A DNA stretch of 63,986 nucleotides, counting the filler, from an uncultured bacterium (GTDB lineage Bacteria > DAOPZR01): NCBI GenBank assembly GCA_964637655.1. It is 5 parts of 5 records of this genome, joined end to end, with 100 filler letters (N's around TTAATTAATTAA, not from the genome) between each part and the next. Parts side by side here need not be neighbours in the genome. Positions count along the whole stretch, not along the records: positions 1 to 13,416 come from CAZWUZ010000082.1; 4 more parts are not named here. One strand, given 5' to 3'. The notes below the pieces were generated by a model. That model worked only from the letters and a program-made list of their open reading frames with translations. It made no database searches and had not been told where the DNA came from. Positions within the stretch are counted from its first letter, which is position 1, and every line of letters starts with the position of its first letter. A program made the position numbers and the translations under genes. Shown here one piece after another: positions 1 through 9,611 of this stretch.

Positions 1-55
1 CCATCAGTCATGACAGAACGACAAGGCCTGGCGGTACTTCCAGGCGGCCCACGCG

Positions 56-1147
56 TTGCTCGACGATTGTCGCAATTACGGCACATATCACTTTGCGATT
101 ATGGCTCGCCTGGCTTTTGTCGCCCGGCGCATCTTTCTTTCCCTTGTACGTAGCGGAGTGCTTGCCGAAGTGCGCTGCCGGGAGTTATTTGCAGGAATTG
201 AAACGGTAGCCACCGAGTTCTGCCGGGATGGGGAATCAATGCGCGGAGGGCAAATACCGGAAGTTGATTTCTTGCAACGTTACGGACATTTGCGGCCTGG
301 CTCATACGATATTACCGCCCCGCGTTATGACAGCCCGATACTTCGTGCACTGTTGACGCAGCCGGTGACTGGCGACGGGAATAGCGTTAAGGATAATCCG
401 GGCGGGGAGTTCGCCTTTACCGTCGCGGAAGCGGGTGCAATTGAAAACGCGCTAGCCGGGGAAGCCATGCCGGTCAACCTCGCCTGTTTACTTGATTTTT
501 ATGGAAAGACGACGCGGGCACGCGAACGACTGAAATTTGAGTTTACGCGCAATTTGAGTGATGCTTTGGAATATATCGCACGGGCCGGCGAGCTGCTGGA
601 CCTTGCGCGTGAGACGATGGCTGATATTCACCTGCGCACTGTTCTGAAGTACCGGAACCCGGAAGAAAGCACGGCGGAAGCGCTGGTGGGCGGAATAATG
701 GCCGAGGTGCGGCGTCGGGAACAGGAACGCGAAATATTCAGGCGCTTGCAACTCCCCCCGGTTATAGCTGGGGAGGAGGATTTCTACTTCATACGGACTT
801 TTCATGCGCGTCCAAATTTCATAACCGCAGCACACGTTGTTGCACCATGCGCTTTCGCAAACAGTCCGCAGGAACTTCTTGCTATGGACCTGGCGGGACG
901 GGTGCTGCTGATCGAGAACGCCGATCCGGGTTTCGACTGGATTTTCACCAGGCGTCCGGCTGCCCTAATTACAAAGTATGGCGGCGCTGCGTCGCACATG
1001 GCCATACGCTGTGCGGAATTGCAATTGCCGGCGGCGATCGGGATCGGAGAAAGACAATTTTCGGAACTATGCCACTGCTTTGCGGTCTCACTCGATTGCG
1101 CGCTTGGAATTTTAACCCCGGCGACCACTTCTGCGCCGCCGGCATGA
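56..1147 (+). CDS. PEP-utilizing mobile-domain protein, Cj1418-like L-glutamine kinase (C-terminal part)
   Basis: Motifs YGHLRPGSYDI, ADPGFDWIF and GGAASHMAIRCAE (phospho-His domain); directly upstream of a C26 amidohydrolase. An in-frame TGA at 11-13 means the N-terminal half is absent or frameshifted near the window edge. Confidence 0.75.
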   Translation: MLDDCRNYGTYHFAIMARLAFVARRIFLSLVRSGVLAEVRCRELFAGIETVATEFCRDGESMRGGQIPEVDFLQRYGHLRPGSYDITAPRYDSPILRALLTQPVTGDGNSVKDNPGGEFAFTVAEAGAIENALAGEAMPVNLACLLDFYGKTTRARERLKFEFTRNLSDALEYIARAGELLDLARETMADIHLRTVLKYRNPEESTAEALVGGIMAEVRRREQEREIFRRLQLPPVIAGEEDFYFIRTFHARPNFITAAHVVAPCAFANSPQELLAMDLAGRVLLIENADPGFDWIFTRRPAALITKYGGAASHMAIRCAELQLPAAIGIGERQFSELCHCFAVSLDCALGILTPATTSAPPA

Positions 1148-1160
1148 ACGGAGGCAATGC

Positions 1161-1907
1161 ATGAAACGTCAACAGCCCCTATGGTGCGGTATAACCATGC
1201 ATGCCGACACCCGCTACGGAAAACCATGCGATGAATTAGCCGGAGCCTATGCAGACTGGTTGGGCACCGTCGGGATTATGTCCGTGCCGTTGCTGAATGG
1301 TTTGCCGGATTACCTGCCGTATTTACGGTCCTTGCCGATCGGCGGCATCGTATTCTCCGGCGGCAATGACCTGTCACTGGCGGCCGGGTTGGATCCGGCC
1401 GTCATGCGTAATCCGTCGCCGCTGCGCGATGACTCTGAATGTCGTCTCGTAACCGTCGCATTACGTCTGGGATTGCCAATCCTGGGCATCTGCCGCGGCC
1501 TGCAATTTCTCAACGCGGTTATGGGTGGACGACTGCGGACGGAGCTGACTGTATCCGGAAAGGGCGCTACCCTGCCCCATGCCGGATCACGCCATCTCCT
1601 CAAAATCGTTGACCGTGACTGGGCGGCCGCGGCCGGAAAAGCGAAGATCATGACCAATTCCTATCACCGCTGCGGAATCAGGGAAAATGACCTGGCATCC
1701 GGCCTGCATATGGCGGCGGTGACTCGGGACGGTGTGATCGAAGCGTATTATCATCCGCGCCTGCCGCTGTGGGCGGTGCAGTGGCATCCAGAGCGCCAGG
1801 GGAGTTGCCGGAAGTTGGACATCTGGCTGCTGCGACGGTTTGCTAATGCCGTATCCCGGTACCGCCGGGATGCGGGTCGGACGGAAAAAAATGCTGACCG
1901 AACGTGA
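1161..1907 (+). CDS. Peptidase C26 / class I glutamine amidotransferase-like hydrolase (Cj1417-like)
   Basis: FSGGND, GICRG nucleophile elbow, NSYH, VQWHPE; GGAGG SD upstream. Confidence 0.85.
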   Translation: MKRQQPLWCGITMHADTRYGKPCDELAGAYADWLGTVGIMSVPLLNGLPDYLPYLRSLPIGGIVFSGGNDLSLAAGLDPAVMRNPSPLRDDSECRLVTVALRLGLPILGICRGLQFLNAVMGGRLRTELTVSGKGATLPHAGSRHLLKIVDRDWAAAAGKAKIMTNSYHRCGIRENDLASGLHMAAVTRDGVIEAYYHPRLPLWAVQWHPERQGSCRKLDIWLLRRFANAVSRYRRDAGRTEKNADRT

Positions 1908-3096
1908 GCGCCGGCGCCTGATAGCGCGCAGTCTGGTCAGAGACTGGCGGGGGCTTAAACCGCTTGCTCGGCAATGGCTCTATAATAAACTATTGCGCCG
2001 AACCTGGCATTTGTCGCGCCTGCTGCCGGGTGGCTATGTGTTGCCGCCGCTTACGGTCTTTCTCGGGGTCAATGCCGCCTGTAATCTGCGCTGTCTCACG
2101 TGCGACGTTGGGCAGCGCGATGACACTTTCCATGCGCGGTTGTTGCGCGGTGACGAAAGCAACCAACTGACGCTGGCTGAGATAGGGGGGGTACTCGACT
2201 CGGTGGCGTTCTATAAACCGGTGATTCAGATCTGCGCCACAGAACCGTTGCTGCGGCCGGATATCATTGACGTTGTCCGTGCAATTACCGCGCGCGGCTT
2301 CCAGTTGCAGATGTTCACCAACGGCTACCTGTTACCAGACTGCGCGGAAGCGCTGGCGGAGGCCGGCCTGCACCTGTTGATCATTTCGATCGACTCGCAC
2401 GACCCGCATACAAACGACATGTTGCGGGGGCGCGCGGGAGCCTGGGACCGGGCGGTGCGCGGGCTGGAAGCGGTGATCGCGTATCGTCGTCGCCGTGGTG
2501 GCGTATTACCGTTGGTGCAATTGGAATGTACAGTGTCCAAGCACAATTACCGTCAGCTTTACGAATATGCAGCGCACTTTTCGCGTTATGAGATTAGCAG
2601 TATAAATTTCTCACTGCAGTTCGGGATCAGTGCTGCAATGGCGGAAGAGCACAACCGCCATTGTCCGGGTATGGCGGTGGAGACCAGCCGCAGCCGGCAC
2701 ACTTTTCTGACGGACATCGACCCTGATGAATTGATCGCGCAAAAGAGACGCATCCAACAGGAATTTGACGAATACCCGGTGTATTTCGCGCCCAACCTGT
2801 CGGACGATCACCTGCGATTGTATCATCTGCATCCGGAACGGGAAATACCGGGATTTAGCCGCTGCGATGCCACGTATCACTTCGTGCGTATCGAATCGGA
2901 TGGAGGTGTGCTGTTCGGATCCGGATGCTTCGTCCGTCCGTTTGGCAACGTCCGGGAAGAGCCGCTGCTGCGTATTCTGAACCGTGCGCCAATGCGCGCT
3001 TTCCGTGCCCGTATGAATCGGGACGGGCTATTTCCTGCCTGCACGCGCTGCAATACCCTTTATTGCGGCAGCATGCAGTTGCGCAAGGAAAAATGA
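1891..3096 (+). CDS. Radical SAM protein with Twitch/SPASM-type C-terminal domain
   Basis: CNLRCLTC; C-terminal C...DGGV...GC...FGNV...ACTRC. Start placed at ATG 1891. Confidence 0.85.
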   Translation: MLTERERRRLIARSLVRDWRGLKPLARQWLYNKLLRRTWHLSRLLPGGYVLPPLTVFLGVNAACNLRCLTCDVGQRDDTFHARLLRGDESNQLTLAEIGGVLDSVAFYKPVIQICATEPLLRPDIIDVVRAITARGFQLQMFTNGYLLPDCAEALAEAGLHLLIISIDSHDPHTNDMLRGRAGAWDRAVRGLEAVIAYRRRRGGVLPLVQLECTVSKHNYRQLYEYAAHFSRYEISSINFSLQFGISAAMAEEHNRHCPGMAVETSRSRHTFLTDIDPDELIAQKRRIQQEFDEYPVYFAPNLSDDHLRLYHLHPEREIPGFSRCDATYHFVRIESDGGVLFGSGCFVRPFGNVREEPLLRILNRAPMRAFRARMNRDGLFPACTRCNTLYCGSMQLRKEK

Positions 3097-4058
3097 CCAT
3101 GTGGCAGCGACCGCCCTACTACGACAGCGAAACATGGCGAGGAATACTCGCCCGGCATTACGGCATCGAGGCTGAAACCAGGCGATTCCAAACCGGCAAT
3201 GGGGACGGCGAACTGGTACTGCCAGTGCTGGCACGCGGGCGCGGGGCCGGGCGACGGCTGGCTGTGCCGCCCCTGTTCCCTTATTATTCTTTCCATTACG
3301 CCGGCACCCTGCTGCAGGCGGGTTTCCACGGAGAGCAGGTCCGCCTGCAGTTGCAGGAACAGCTGCTTACTTACTTACAGGATAATTTCAGCGAGGTCGA
3401 ATTAAATCTCCACCCCGACATCACCGATGTGCGGCCGTTCATTTGGGCGGGTTATGCAGTGAAGGTTCGTTATACCTATTTGCTGTCGCTTGCGCCCGGC
3501 GGATCAACCCCGTTGGTCGCGGATTTTCTCGCACGCGATCTTGCGCGGGCGCGGCGATGCGGATTGGAAGTGCGAAAGGAGTTGAGCACGGAAGGTGCGC
3601 TGCCACCTGTGCTCGCTTCTTTCCGGCGCAACGGCATTCGCCCCGCTTTTTCGCCTGAGGTGCTGGCCGATATCTGCGGAGAGCTGCTCGCGGCCGGTCA
3701 ATTGCGCGTATTCACTGTGCGCGAAGGTGCCAGAGTGCTGGCATCGCTGCTTGTGCTTGCGGATGGGCCGGTGGTGTATCACTGGTTGTCGGGCATGGAA
3801 GAACGCGCCAAAGAGACCGGAGCGAACAAGCTGCTGTTCGTTTCAACCATTGAACAGTTGCAGGCGGAGGGGTGTTGGAAAATGCTCGATTTCTGGGGCG
3901 GTGATATCCGCGCAATATCCTATTTTAAGAGTGCAATGGGAGGCACCCTGCAAACATACTTTACCGTAAGCCGGGCCAATTGCCTGCGCGGCCGCGCAAG
4001 GCGTCTGCTGGCATGCACGGCCGGGAGCATGCGTCACATGGTACACCGGAATCGATGA
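3093..4058 (+). CDS. GNAT/FemAB-like N-acyltransferase
   Basis: DVRPFIWAGY-VKVRYTY, LDFWGG, ISYFKSAMGG; ATGA overlap with the preceding gene. Confidence 0.75.
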   Translation: MTMWQRPPYYDSETWRGILARHYGIEAETRRFQTGNGDGELVLPVLARGRGAGRRLAVPPLFPYYSFHYAGTLLQAGFHGEQVRLQLQEQLLTYLQDNFSEVELNLHPDITDVRPFIWAGYAVKVRYTYLLSLAPGGSTPLVADFLARDLARARRCGLEVRKELSTEGALPPVLASFRRNGIRPAFSPEVLADICGELLAAGQLRVFTVREGARVLASLLVLADGPVVYHWLSGMEERAKETGANKLLFVSTIEQLQAEGCWKMLDFWGGDIRAISYFKSAMGGTLQTYFTVSRANCLRGRARRLLACTAGSMRHMVHRNR

Positions 4059-4678
4059 ACATATTATTCTCCGGAGATGGGGCGCTCGACTATTATGTCC
4101 TGGAAAAGCTTTGCGTGGCGCATCGACTGCTCGGGTTCGTGCTTGTGGAACCGGTTTCGCAGGCAGCGGCTTGGCGCAGTATCAAGATCACCGCTAAGGG
4201 GGTATTGGCCCGACGCCAGCAATGGTTTTCAGGTGAACTCCGGGAAACGTTGCGCGTTTATGCTCTGCACAACCGTTACCGCTTCCCTCTGCATCACCTT
4301 GATCGGCGGAAAATGCAATTGCGGCCACTGTTAGAGGCCTGTCGTCCCGACCTGTTTATCAGCGCCTCCTTGCCGTATATCCTAACGGAGGAGGAGATTG
4401 CCATTCCACGTTACGGTTGTCTCAATTGTCACCCGTCCTTCCTGCCCCATGATCGGGGACCATTCCCATTACAGGTGGCGTTGAGGGAGAAGCGCACAGA
4501 AACAGGGGTGACCATTCATCGCATGGATTGCGGCATCGACACCGGACAGATACTTTGGCAGAAGCGCGTCGAGATAGCGGGTGAAGATGACTACTACCGT
4601 TTATCTGAACGCTGCGGCCGGGAGTTTGGAGCGGCGATACTTCCGGTGTTGGCTGAATATGAACGATCCCATACTTAA
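4055..4678 (+). CDS. Formyltransferase (N10-formyl-THF dependent), probably a sugar N-formyltransferase
   Basis: LNCHPSFLP-RGPFP and ETGVTIHRMD-GIDTG; N-terminal domain only; ATGA overlap. Confidence 0.85.
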   Translation: MNILFSGDGALDYYVLEKLCVAHRLLGFVLVEPVSQAAAWRSIKITAKGVLARRQQWFSGELRETLRVYALHNRYRFPLHHLDRRKMQLRPLLEACRPDLFISASLPYILTEEEIAIPRYGCLNCHPSFLPHDRGPFPLQVALREKRTETGVTIHRMDCGIDTGQILWQKRVEIAGEDDYYRLSERCGREFGAAILPVLAEYERSHT

Positions 4679-5557
4679 ATGGCGCACAGGGAGGGCATTG
4701 TGTCATTAAAAAGGTTGGTTGATCGTTTTTGGAACGAATACCCCTGTGGACGAAACGAATACCTCGGGCCGGGCGAGACGGTGGATGATTACATGCGTCT
4801 CGATGAGGAAATGTACCGGAATGCGCCGGCTACGCATGATTACGCCCGGCAATTACTGGAACCGTTGGCGGGCAAGGTACTATTGGAAATTGGGTGCGGT
4901 CTGGGGCGGGATGGTCGCTTTTTCGCATCCCGGGGTGCGGGGTATATCGGGGGCGACCTGACTGCAAACGCACTGCGGCTGGCCCGCAAAGGTTTTCGCC
5001 TGCTGCAGCAACCCGGTTCCTTCTTGCGGCTTGATGCTGAGCAATTGCCGCTGGCCGATGCGAGCGTCGATATCGTGTACTCATGGGGAGTCATCCATCA
5101 CACACCTGACATATCTCGCGCGATTGGAGAAATTCGCCGGGTGTTAAACCGTGAAGGCAGGATTATGCTTGCGCTGTACAACCGAAATTCGGACCAGTAT
5201 TACTATAATATGTTGTTTAAAAAGAGGATTATTCTGTCATTGATCAAATTCTCACCGATGCGATTGGTGCGGATCGGGGCACGGTTTGACCGGCGTATTT
5301 TACAGTGGAAAGAAACCGTTGAGGATCAACCTATATCGAACGCCAACCTCCGCCGCTGGTTTTCCGACGGTAACGGGCGCCACAACCCATTGACTAATGT
5401 CTATAGCGAAGGTGAGGTTCGTGAGCTGTTGGCGGAATTCCGCAATATCCGCATCAGAATTTTTCCGGTGTATAAATTGGGGCCGGTTGGTAACCTTATC
5501 TTGCGGTTGTTCGGACATCGTATCGGTTGGGACATGATTGTTTATGCAGAAAAGTAG
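4679..5557 (+). CDS. Class I SAM-dependent methyltransferase
   Basis: LLEIGCGLG, DAEQLP, DIVYSWGVIHHTPD. Confidence 0.9.
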   Translation: MAHREGIVSLKRLVDRFWNEYPCGRNEYLGPGETVDDYMRLDEEMYRNAPATHDYARQLLEPLAGKVLLEIGCGLGRDGRFFASRGAGYIGGDLTANALRLARKGFRLLQQPGSFLRLDAEQLPLADASVDIVYSWGVIHHTPDISRAIGEIRRVLNREGRIMLALYNRNSDQYYYNMLFKKRIILSLIKFSPMRLVRIGARFDRRILQWKETVEDQPISNANLRRWFSDGNGRHNPLTNVYSEGEVRELLAEFRNIRIRIFPVYKLGPVGNLILRLFGHRIGWDMIVYAEK

Positions 5558-6536
5558 TCTGGCCGGATTCGACCGGTGGTCGTGCAAATTACCAAACGCA
5601 CCCGAGCAGACGGATGCGATGCGACCGGGGCAGGTGCAGCTGCCGGCATTCACCGTGGCGCTGACCCACGACGCTGACATGATTCGCAAGTTTGACCCGC
5701 TGCTGGGCGGCGGTTTGTTGGCCAGCGGGCTACTGAAGCGAAACGAAAATATTAAAAAAGGGCTGGCGCGCTTGCGACCCCGCACGCGGGCTGCCGATCC
5801 GTACTACAACTTCCAACGGTACGCCGAACTGGAGCAGCGGCATGGGTTCCGCTCGACCTTTTTCGTGGCGGCTGCTCCCAGCGATCGATGGGAGATCACC
5901 TATCGGATTGACCGCCGACTGGCGGCGGATTTGCGCCAGCTTACAGCAGCGGGGTTCGAGGTGGCGCTGCACGGGTCCGATCAGGCATACGCGGATGGCG
6001 GCATCCTGAAAGCCGAGAAGGAGAAGCTGGCGGACTCACTGGGCGATGAAATCGCCGGAAACCGGTTTCACAACCTCCGCTCCGCTCCGGATCAACTCCT
6101 ACCCGTGATCGAGACCGCAGGGTTCGGCTACGATGCAAGTTGGGGGTTCAACTCATTTTGCGGGTTTCGCGATGGACTTGTTGCCCCGTTTACGCCGTCG
6201 TACCGTGAGCGCACCTACGCCTTCACGGAAATACCGCTGCACGTGATGGATACAGCGCTGTTCTACGGTATGCACTGTGATTACGATGCGGCCCGGTTCC
6301 AATATCATAAGCTCAGAGACATCGCCGCGAGGAATAATGGAGTTTTAGTTATTGACTGGCATATCAGCAGCCTCGACGAAGTCGATTTTCCCGTTTGGGT
6401 GCAATTGTATGATTATATTCTGGGAGACTTAAAAACCCGAAAAATTGTGGCGACGACGCTGAAGAAATTGTGGCAACAAGTTCGTCGAGATTGTCCAAGC
6501 ATTGACTTAACATCTGACTATGCAAATCTATGTTAG
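5538..6536 (+). CDS. Polysaccharide deacetylase-like protein (NodB fold)
   Basis: ALTHDAD, STFF, EVALHGS, RFHNLR, YDASWG, EIPLHVMD. Confidence 0.75.
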   Translation: MFMQKSSLAGFDRWSCKLPNAPEQTDAMRPGQVQLPAFTVALTHDADMIRKFDPLLGGGLLASGLLKRNENIKKGLARLRPRTRAADPYYNFQRYAELEQRHGFRSTFFVAAAPSDRWEITYRIDRRLAADLRQLTAAGFEVALHGSDQAYADGGILKAEKEKLADSLGDEIAGNRFHNLRSAPDQLLPVIETAGFGYDASWGFNSFCGFRDGLVAPFTPSYRERTYAFTEIPLHVMDTALFYGMHCDYDAARFQYHKLRDIAARNNGVLVIDWHISSLDEVDFPVWVQLYDYILGDLKTRKIVATTLKKLWQQVRRDCPSIDLTSDYANLC

Positions 6537-6563
6537 CGGCCTGTGTGAATAAAGGAGCATAGC

Positions 6564-7613
6564 ATGAATAACAGGGAATTATATGACTTGATCATATGCC
6601 CGTTTTGTAAGGAACCACATCTCGAAAAGGTCGAATTTGAGGCGGATGAACGATATATCCGGTCGGGATATTTACGATGTAAACCGTGCGGCAGAATGTA
6701 CCCCATAATAGCTGGGGTGCCGCGGTTTCTTGGTAAAAATGAAATTGGTAGGATTTTTGTTCGCCATTCTGAATTCGCAAAGAGATTTGGAAATGATATG
6801 GATTTGACCGGCTCCATGGACGATGTTGCCGAGCCAGAAGATATGATCGCTGAGCCCGTATCCCAAACAGGACATTCATATTCCAGGCAGTATCGGATGG
6901 AGAGGGACTGGTTCAATAATGATGCTGAAGCCAGACAAGAGGCTAAAGATGCAGAATACTATATCTTTCCCTTTTCATTTGACCGGTTCAGCGGCAAAAC
7001 CGGTTTAGAGGTCGCTTGTGGCTATGGAAAAGCATCTTATCAGTTTCTGAAAAACGGCGCGTCCCTTGTAGCAGTTGATGTTAGCGACAGGATTGAAATT
7101 GCGGCTGCTGCCTGTGCGGATTTTGATGAGGCACTGTTTGTGCAAGCGGATATCTACAATCTCCCGTTTCGAGACAATACATTCGATTTCGTGGCGGCCT
7201 TGGCCGTTCTGCAACACCTACCCGATTATGGACGTGCTTTTTCGCTTCTTTGGGGATGCTTGAATTCAGGTGGTGGCATGCATTTGTGGGTTTACTCCAA
7301 AGGTCCTCTGGCGAAAAGCAGATACTGGTCTGTAGTCAGAGTGATAAGAAAAATGACTACCCGCTTACCTTGGCCTGTTATTATCTGTTTCGCCTATCTG
7401 ACCGCCATTGTGCAAAAACTGTTTACAAACTATCAGAAGGAACGTGATTTTGTCTCAATGGCCAATCATTGGATCGATAATTACCATGTTCCGATACTTG
7501 AATTTATCGATAGAAAAGAAGTGGAGGATTGGTTCGAAAAACATAATTGCCACAAATACGAACTGCCGGACTATAGGGAACGTTGGCGCGGACATGCCTG
7601 GGGGATCAAATGA
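6564..7613 (+). CDS. Methyltransferase with N-terminal Trm112-like Zn ribbon
   Basis: CPFC...CKPC-RMYPII-GVPRF, then LEVACGYG, QADIYNLPF, VLQHLPD; AAGGAG SD; visibly AT-richer than neighbours. Confidence 0.85.
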   Translation: MNNRELYDLIICPFCKEPHLEKVEFEADERYIRSGYLRCKPCGRMYPIIAGVPRFLGKNEIGRIFVRHSEFAKRFGNDMDLTGSMDDVAEPEDMIAEPVSQTGHSYSRQYRMERDWFNNDAEARQEAKDAEYYIFPFSFDRFSGKTGLEVACGYGKASYQFLKNGASLVAVDVSDRIEIAAAACADFDEALFVQADIYNLPFRDNTFDFVAALAVLQHLPDYGRAFSLLWGCLNSGGGMHLWVYSKGPLAKSRYWSVVRVIRKMTTRLPWPVIICFAYLTAIVQKLFTNYQKERDFVSMANHWIDNYHVPILEFIDRKEVEDWFEKHNCHKYELPDYRERWRGHAWGIK

Positions 7614-7645
7614 TGAATTCCTGCTGCGGTAATTGATTTCGCCAG

Positions 7646-8920
7646 ATGAAGAACATTCTTTTTATCTCTTTCTTTTTTCCGCCGATCGGCGGGTCGGGTG
7701 CCGTCCGCAGTGTCAAGTTCTGCAAGTTCCTGCCGGCCTGCGGGTGGCGCGCGACGGTGCTCACCCCGGACTACGACTATTTTATCCGCGATGAGGCGAT
7801 GCTGGCGGAGGTGCGTGACTGCTGCGATATCATCCGCACCCCGTACCGGCATCCGGCGCCGGCAAAACTGGCGGCCAGCGTGCGACAGCGGACGCTGACG
7901 GCAACAACCGGGCCGCTGACCCGGCTGCTCGTGGCGATCAAGCGGAGCGTGCTCTTCCCGGAGAGCGAAATCGTCTGGTATCTCGGCCTGCGCGGCAAAG
8001 TGGAGCGGCTGCTGGCAGGGCGGCATTTTGATCTGGTCCTGTCGACGTCACCGGCAATCGCAGCCCACCTGCTGGCGGCGCGCATCGCCGCACAGCGGGG
8101 CGTGCCGTGGATCGCTGATTTTCGCGATGCCTTCACCCGCAACCCGTTCCATCCGCCGCCACCGACACCGCTGCACCGGCTGCTCAAACAGCGGATGGAG
8201 GAACGGATCCTGCGGCAGGCGGCGGCAGTGACGACCGTGGTGCCAAGCATCCGGGCCGATTTTCTCGCAGACCATCCGTGGCTGCAACCTGACAATGTGC
8301 GGGTCATCTACAACGGCTATGATGCGGATGATTTCCGTACGGTGCCGGCTGCCGCCCGGAGCGGCCCGCGGGTGCTGACCTACTGCGGCGCGTTTATGGG
8401 CGAACGCAATCCGCTCTTCCTGTTCAGCGTGCTGGCGGAACTGCGGCGGGAACAGCCCGAACTGGCACGGCAACTGGCGGTGCGTTTCTACGGACCTGAT
8501 GCCGGCGACTATCACGCGGAGATCACGCGTCTCGGGCTTGACGATCTGGTGGTCTATCATCCTGCGGTGGCGCATGCGGAGAGCATCGCGCGCATGCAGG
8601 AGGCGGATGCGCTGTTGTTCATCCAGTCCTTCGGGGCGGAGAGCCGCACCCAACTGACGCTCAAGGTGCCGGAGTACCTGCGGGCGGGGAAACCGGTCAT
8701 CGCTTTGTGCGGTGAAGGAGAGGCACGTCGGGTGTTGCACTCGGCTGGTCTTTGCGTGCCCGTGGAGCTCAATGACCGCGCGGGTCTCAAACAGGCACTC
8801 ACCGCACTCGCAAGCGGCAAAATGACAACTGCCCCGAATAGTGATTATATTCGACAATTTGACTATCGCGAATCGGCGCGGCAGATGGCGGAGTTGATGG
8901 ATGGATTGGTTGCGCACTGA
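7646..8920 (+). CDS. Glycosyltransferase family 4
   Basis: FFPPIGGSG-R, WIADFRD, IYNGYD, KVPEYL. Confidence 0.85.
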   Translation: MKNILFISFFFPPIGGSGAVRSVKFCKFLPACGWRATVLTPDYDYFIRDEAMLAEVRDCCDIIRTPYRHPAPAKLAASVRQRTLTATTGPLTRLLVAIKRSVLFPESEIVWYLGLRGKVERLLAGRHFDLVLSTSPAIAAHLLAARIAAQRGVPWIADFRDAFTRNPFHPPPPTPLHRLLKQRMEERILRQAAAVTTVVPSIRADFLADHPWLQPDNVRVIYNGYDADDFRTVPAAARSGPRVLTYCGAFMGERNPLFLFSVLAELRREQPELARQLAVRFYGPDAGDYHAEITRLGLDDLVVYHPAVAHAESIARMQEADALLFIQSFGAESRTQLTLKVPEYLRAGKPVIALCGEGEARRVLHSAGLCVPVELNDRAGLKQALTALASGKMTTAPNSDYIRQFDYRESARQMAELMDGLVAH

Positions 8921-9611
8921 CTGGCGGGTACGCTTGGGCAGGTTACGTCGCCCGTCGCGGATTATCCTCATCATTGTTGTGGCGTATGCTGCGGGAATCC
9001 TGCTGACGCCGGTTGCGCAGTGGGCAGCGGCCGCGTTGGCGGTGCAACCGAAAGCCGGTTCAGGCGATACCATAGTACTTCTCAGCAGCGGGGCGTTCCG
9101 CTCTGGCGAACTGCCTGGCAGCGGTTGGCGGCGGGTAATCCAATCTATGCTGCTATACCGTGAGGGACGGGCACCACGGATTATTGTTTGCGGCGGGAGC
9201 ATATCGTTGACCGGCGCGCCATATGGCCAAGTGTATGCCGATTGGCTGCAGCGACTCGGCATTCCGGCAGATGATATAATCATCGATACCGGGTCGCGGG
9301 GAACGTATGAAAATGTGGAGCAGGCTGCGCTGATAATGCAAGAACACGGCTGGAAGACGGGTTTACTGGTTACCGATCCGCTGCATATGCGCCGGGCACT
9401 CCAACAGACTGCGGACAGCGGTGTTGTTTTTATTCCAGCTGGATGGCCGGATGATTACAACAATCACGGTGGGCTTGATGATCGCTGGGGGTTGCACAAG
9501 CAGATCTGGTACGAACTACTGGCGAATGGCAGCCACGCTTTGCTGGGCTCGTCATATTGGCAGCGTGGTCGAGCGGCATATATCCGGCATATTTGGCCCT
9601 GGCTGAACTGA
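8901..9611 (+). CDS. YdcF/ElyC-like (DUF218) envelope protein
   Basis: N-terminal TM segment; IIVCGG, SRGTYEN, LVTDPLHMRRA. Confidence 0.85.
   Translation: MDWLRTDWRVRLGRLRRPSRIILIIVVAYAAGILLTPVAQWAAAALAVQPKAGSGDTIVLLSSGAFRSGELPGSGWRRVIQSMLLYREGRAPRIIVCGGSISLTGAPYGQVYADWLQRLGIPADDIIIDTGSRGTYENVEQAALIMQEHGWKTGLLVTDPLHMRRALQQTADSGVVFIPAGWPDDYNNHGGLDDRWGLHKQIWYELLANGSHALLGSSYWQRGRAAYIRHIWPWLN

Noticed and set aside
1891-3096. Second RiPP maturase
   Set aside because: No precursor peptide nearby; the context is polysaccharide modification.
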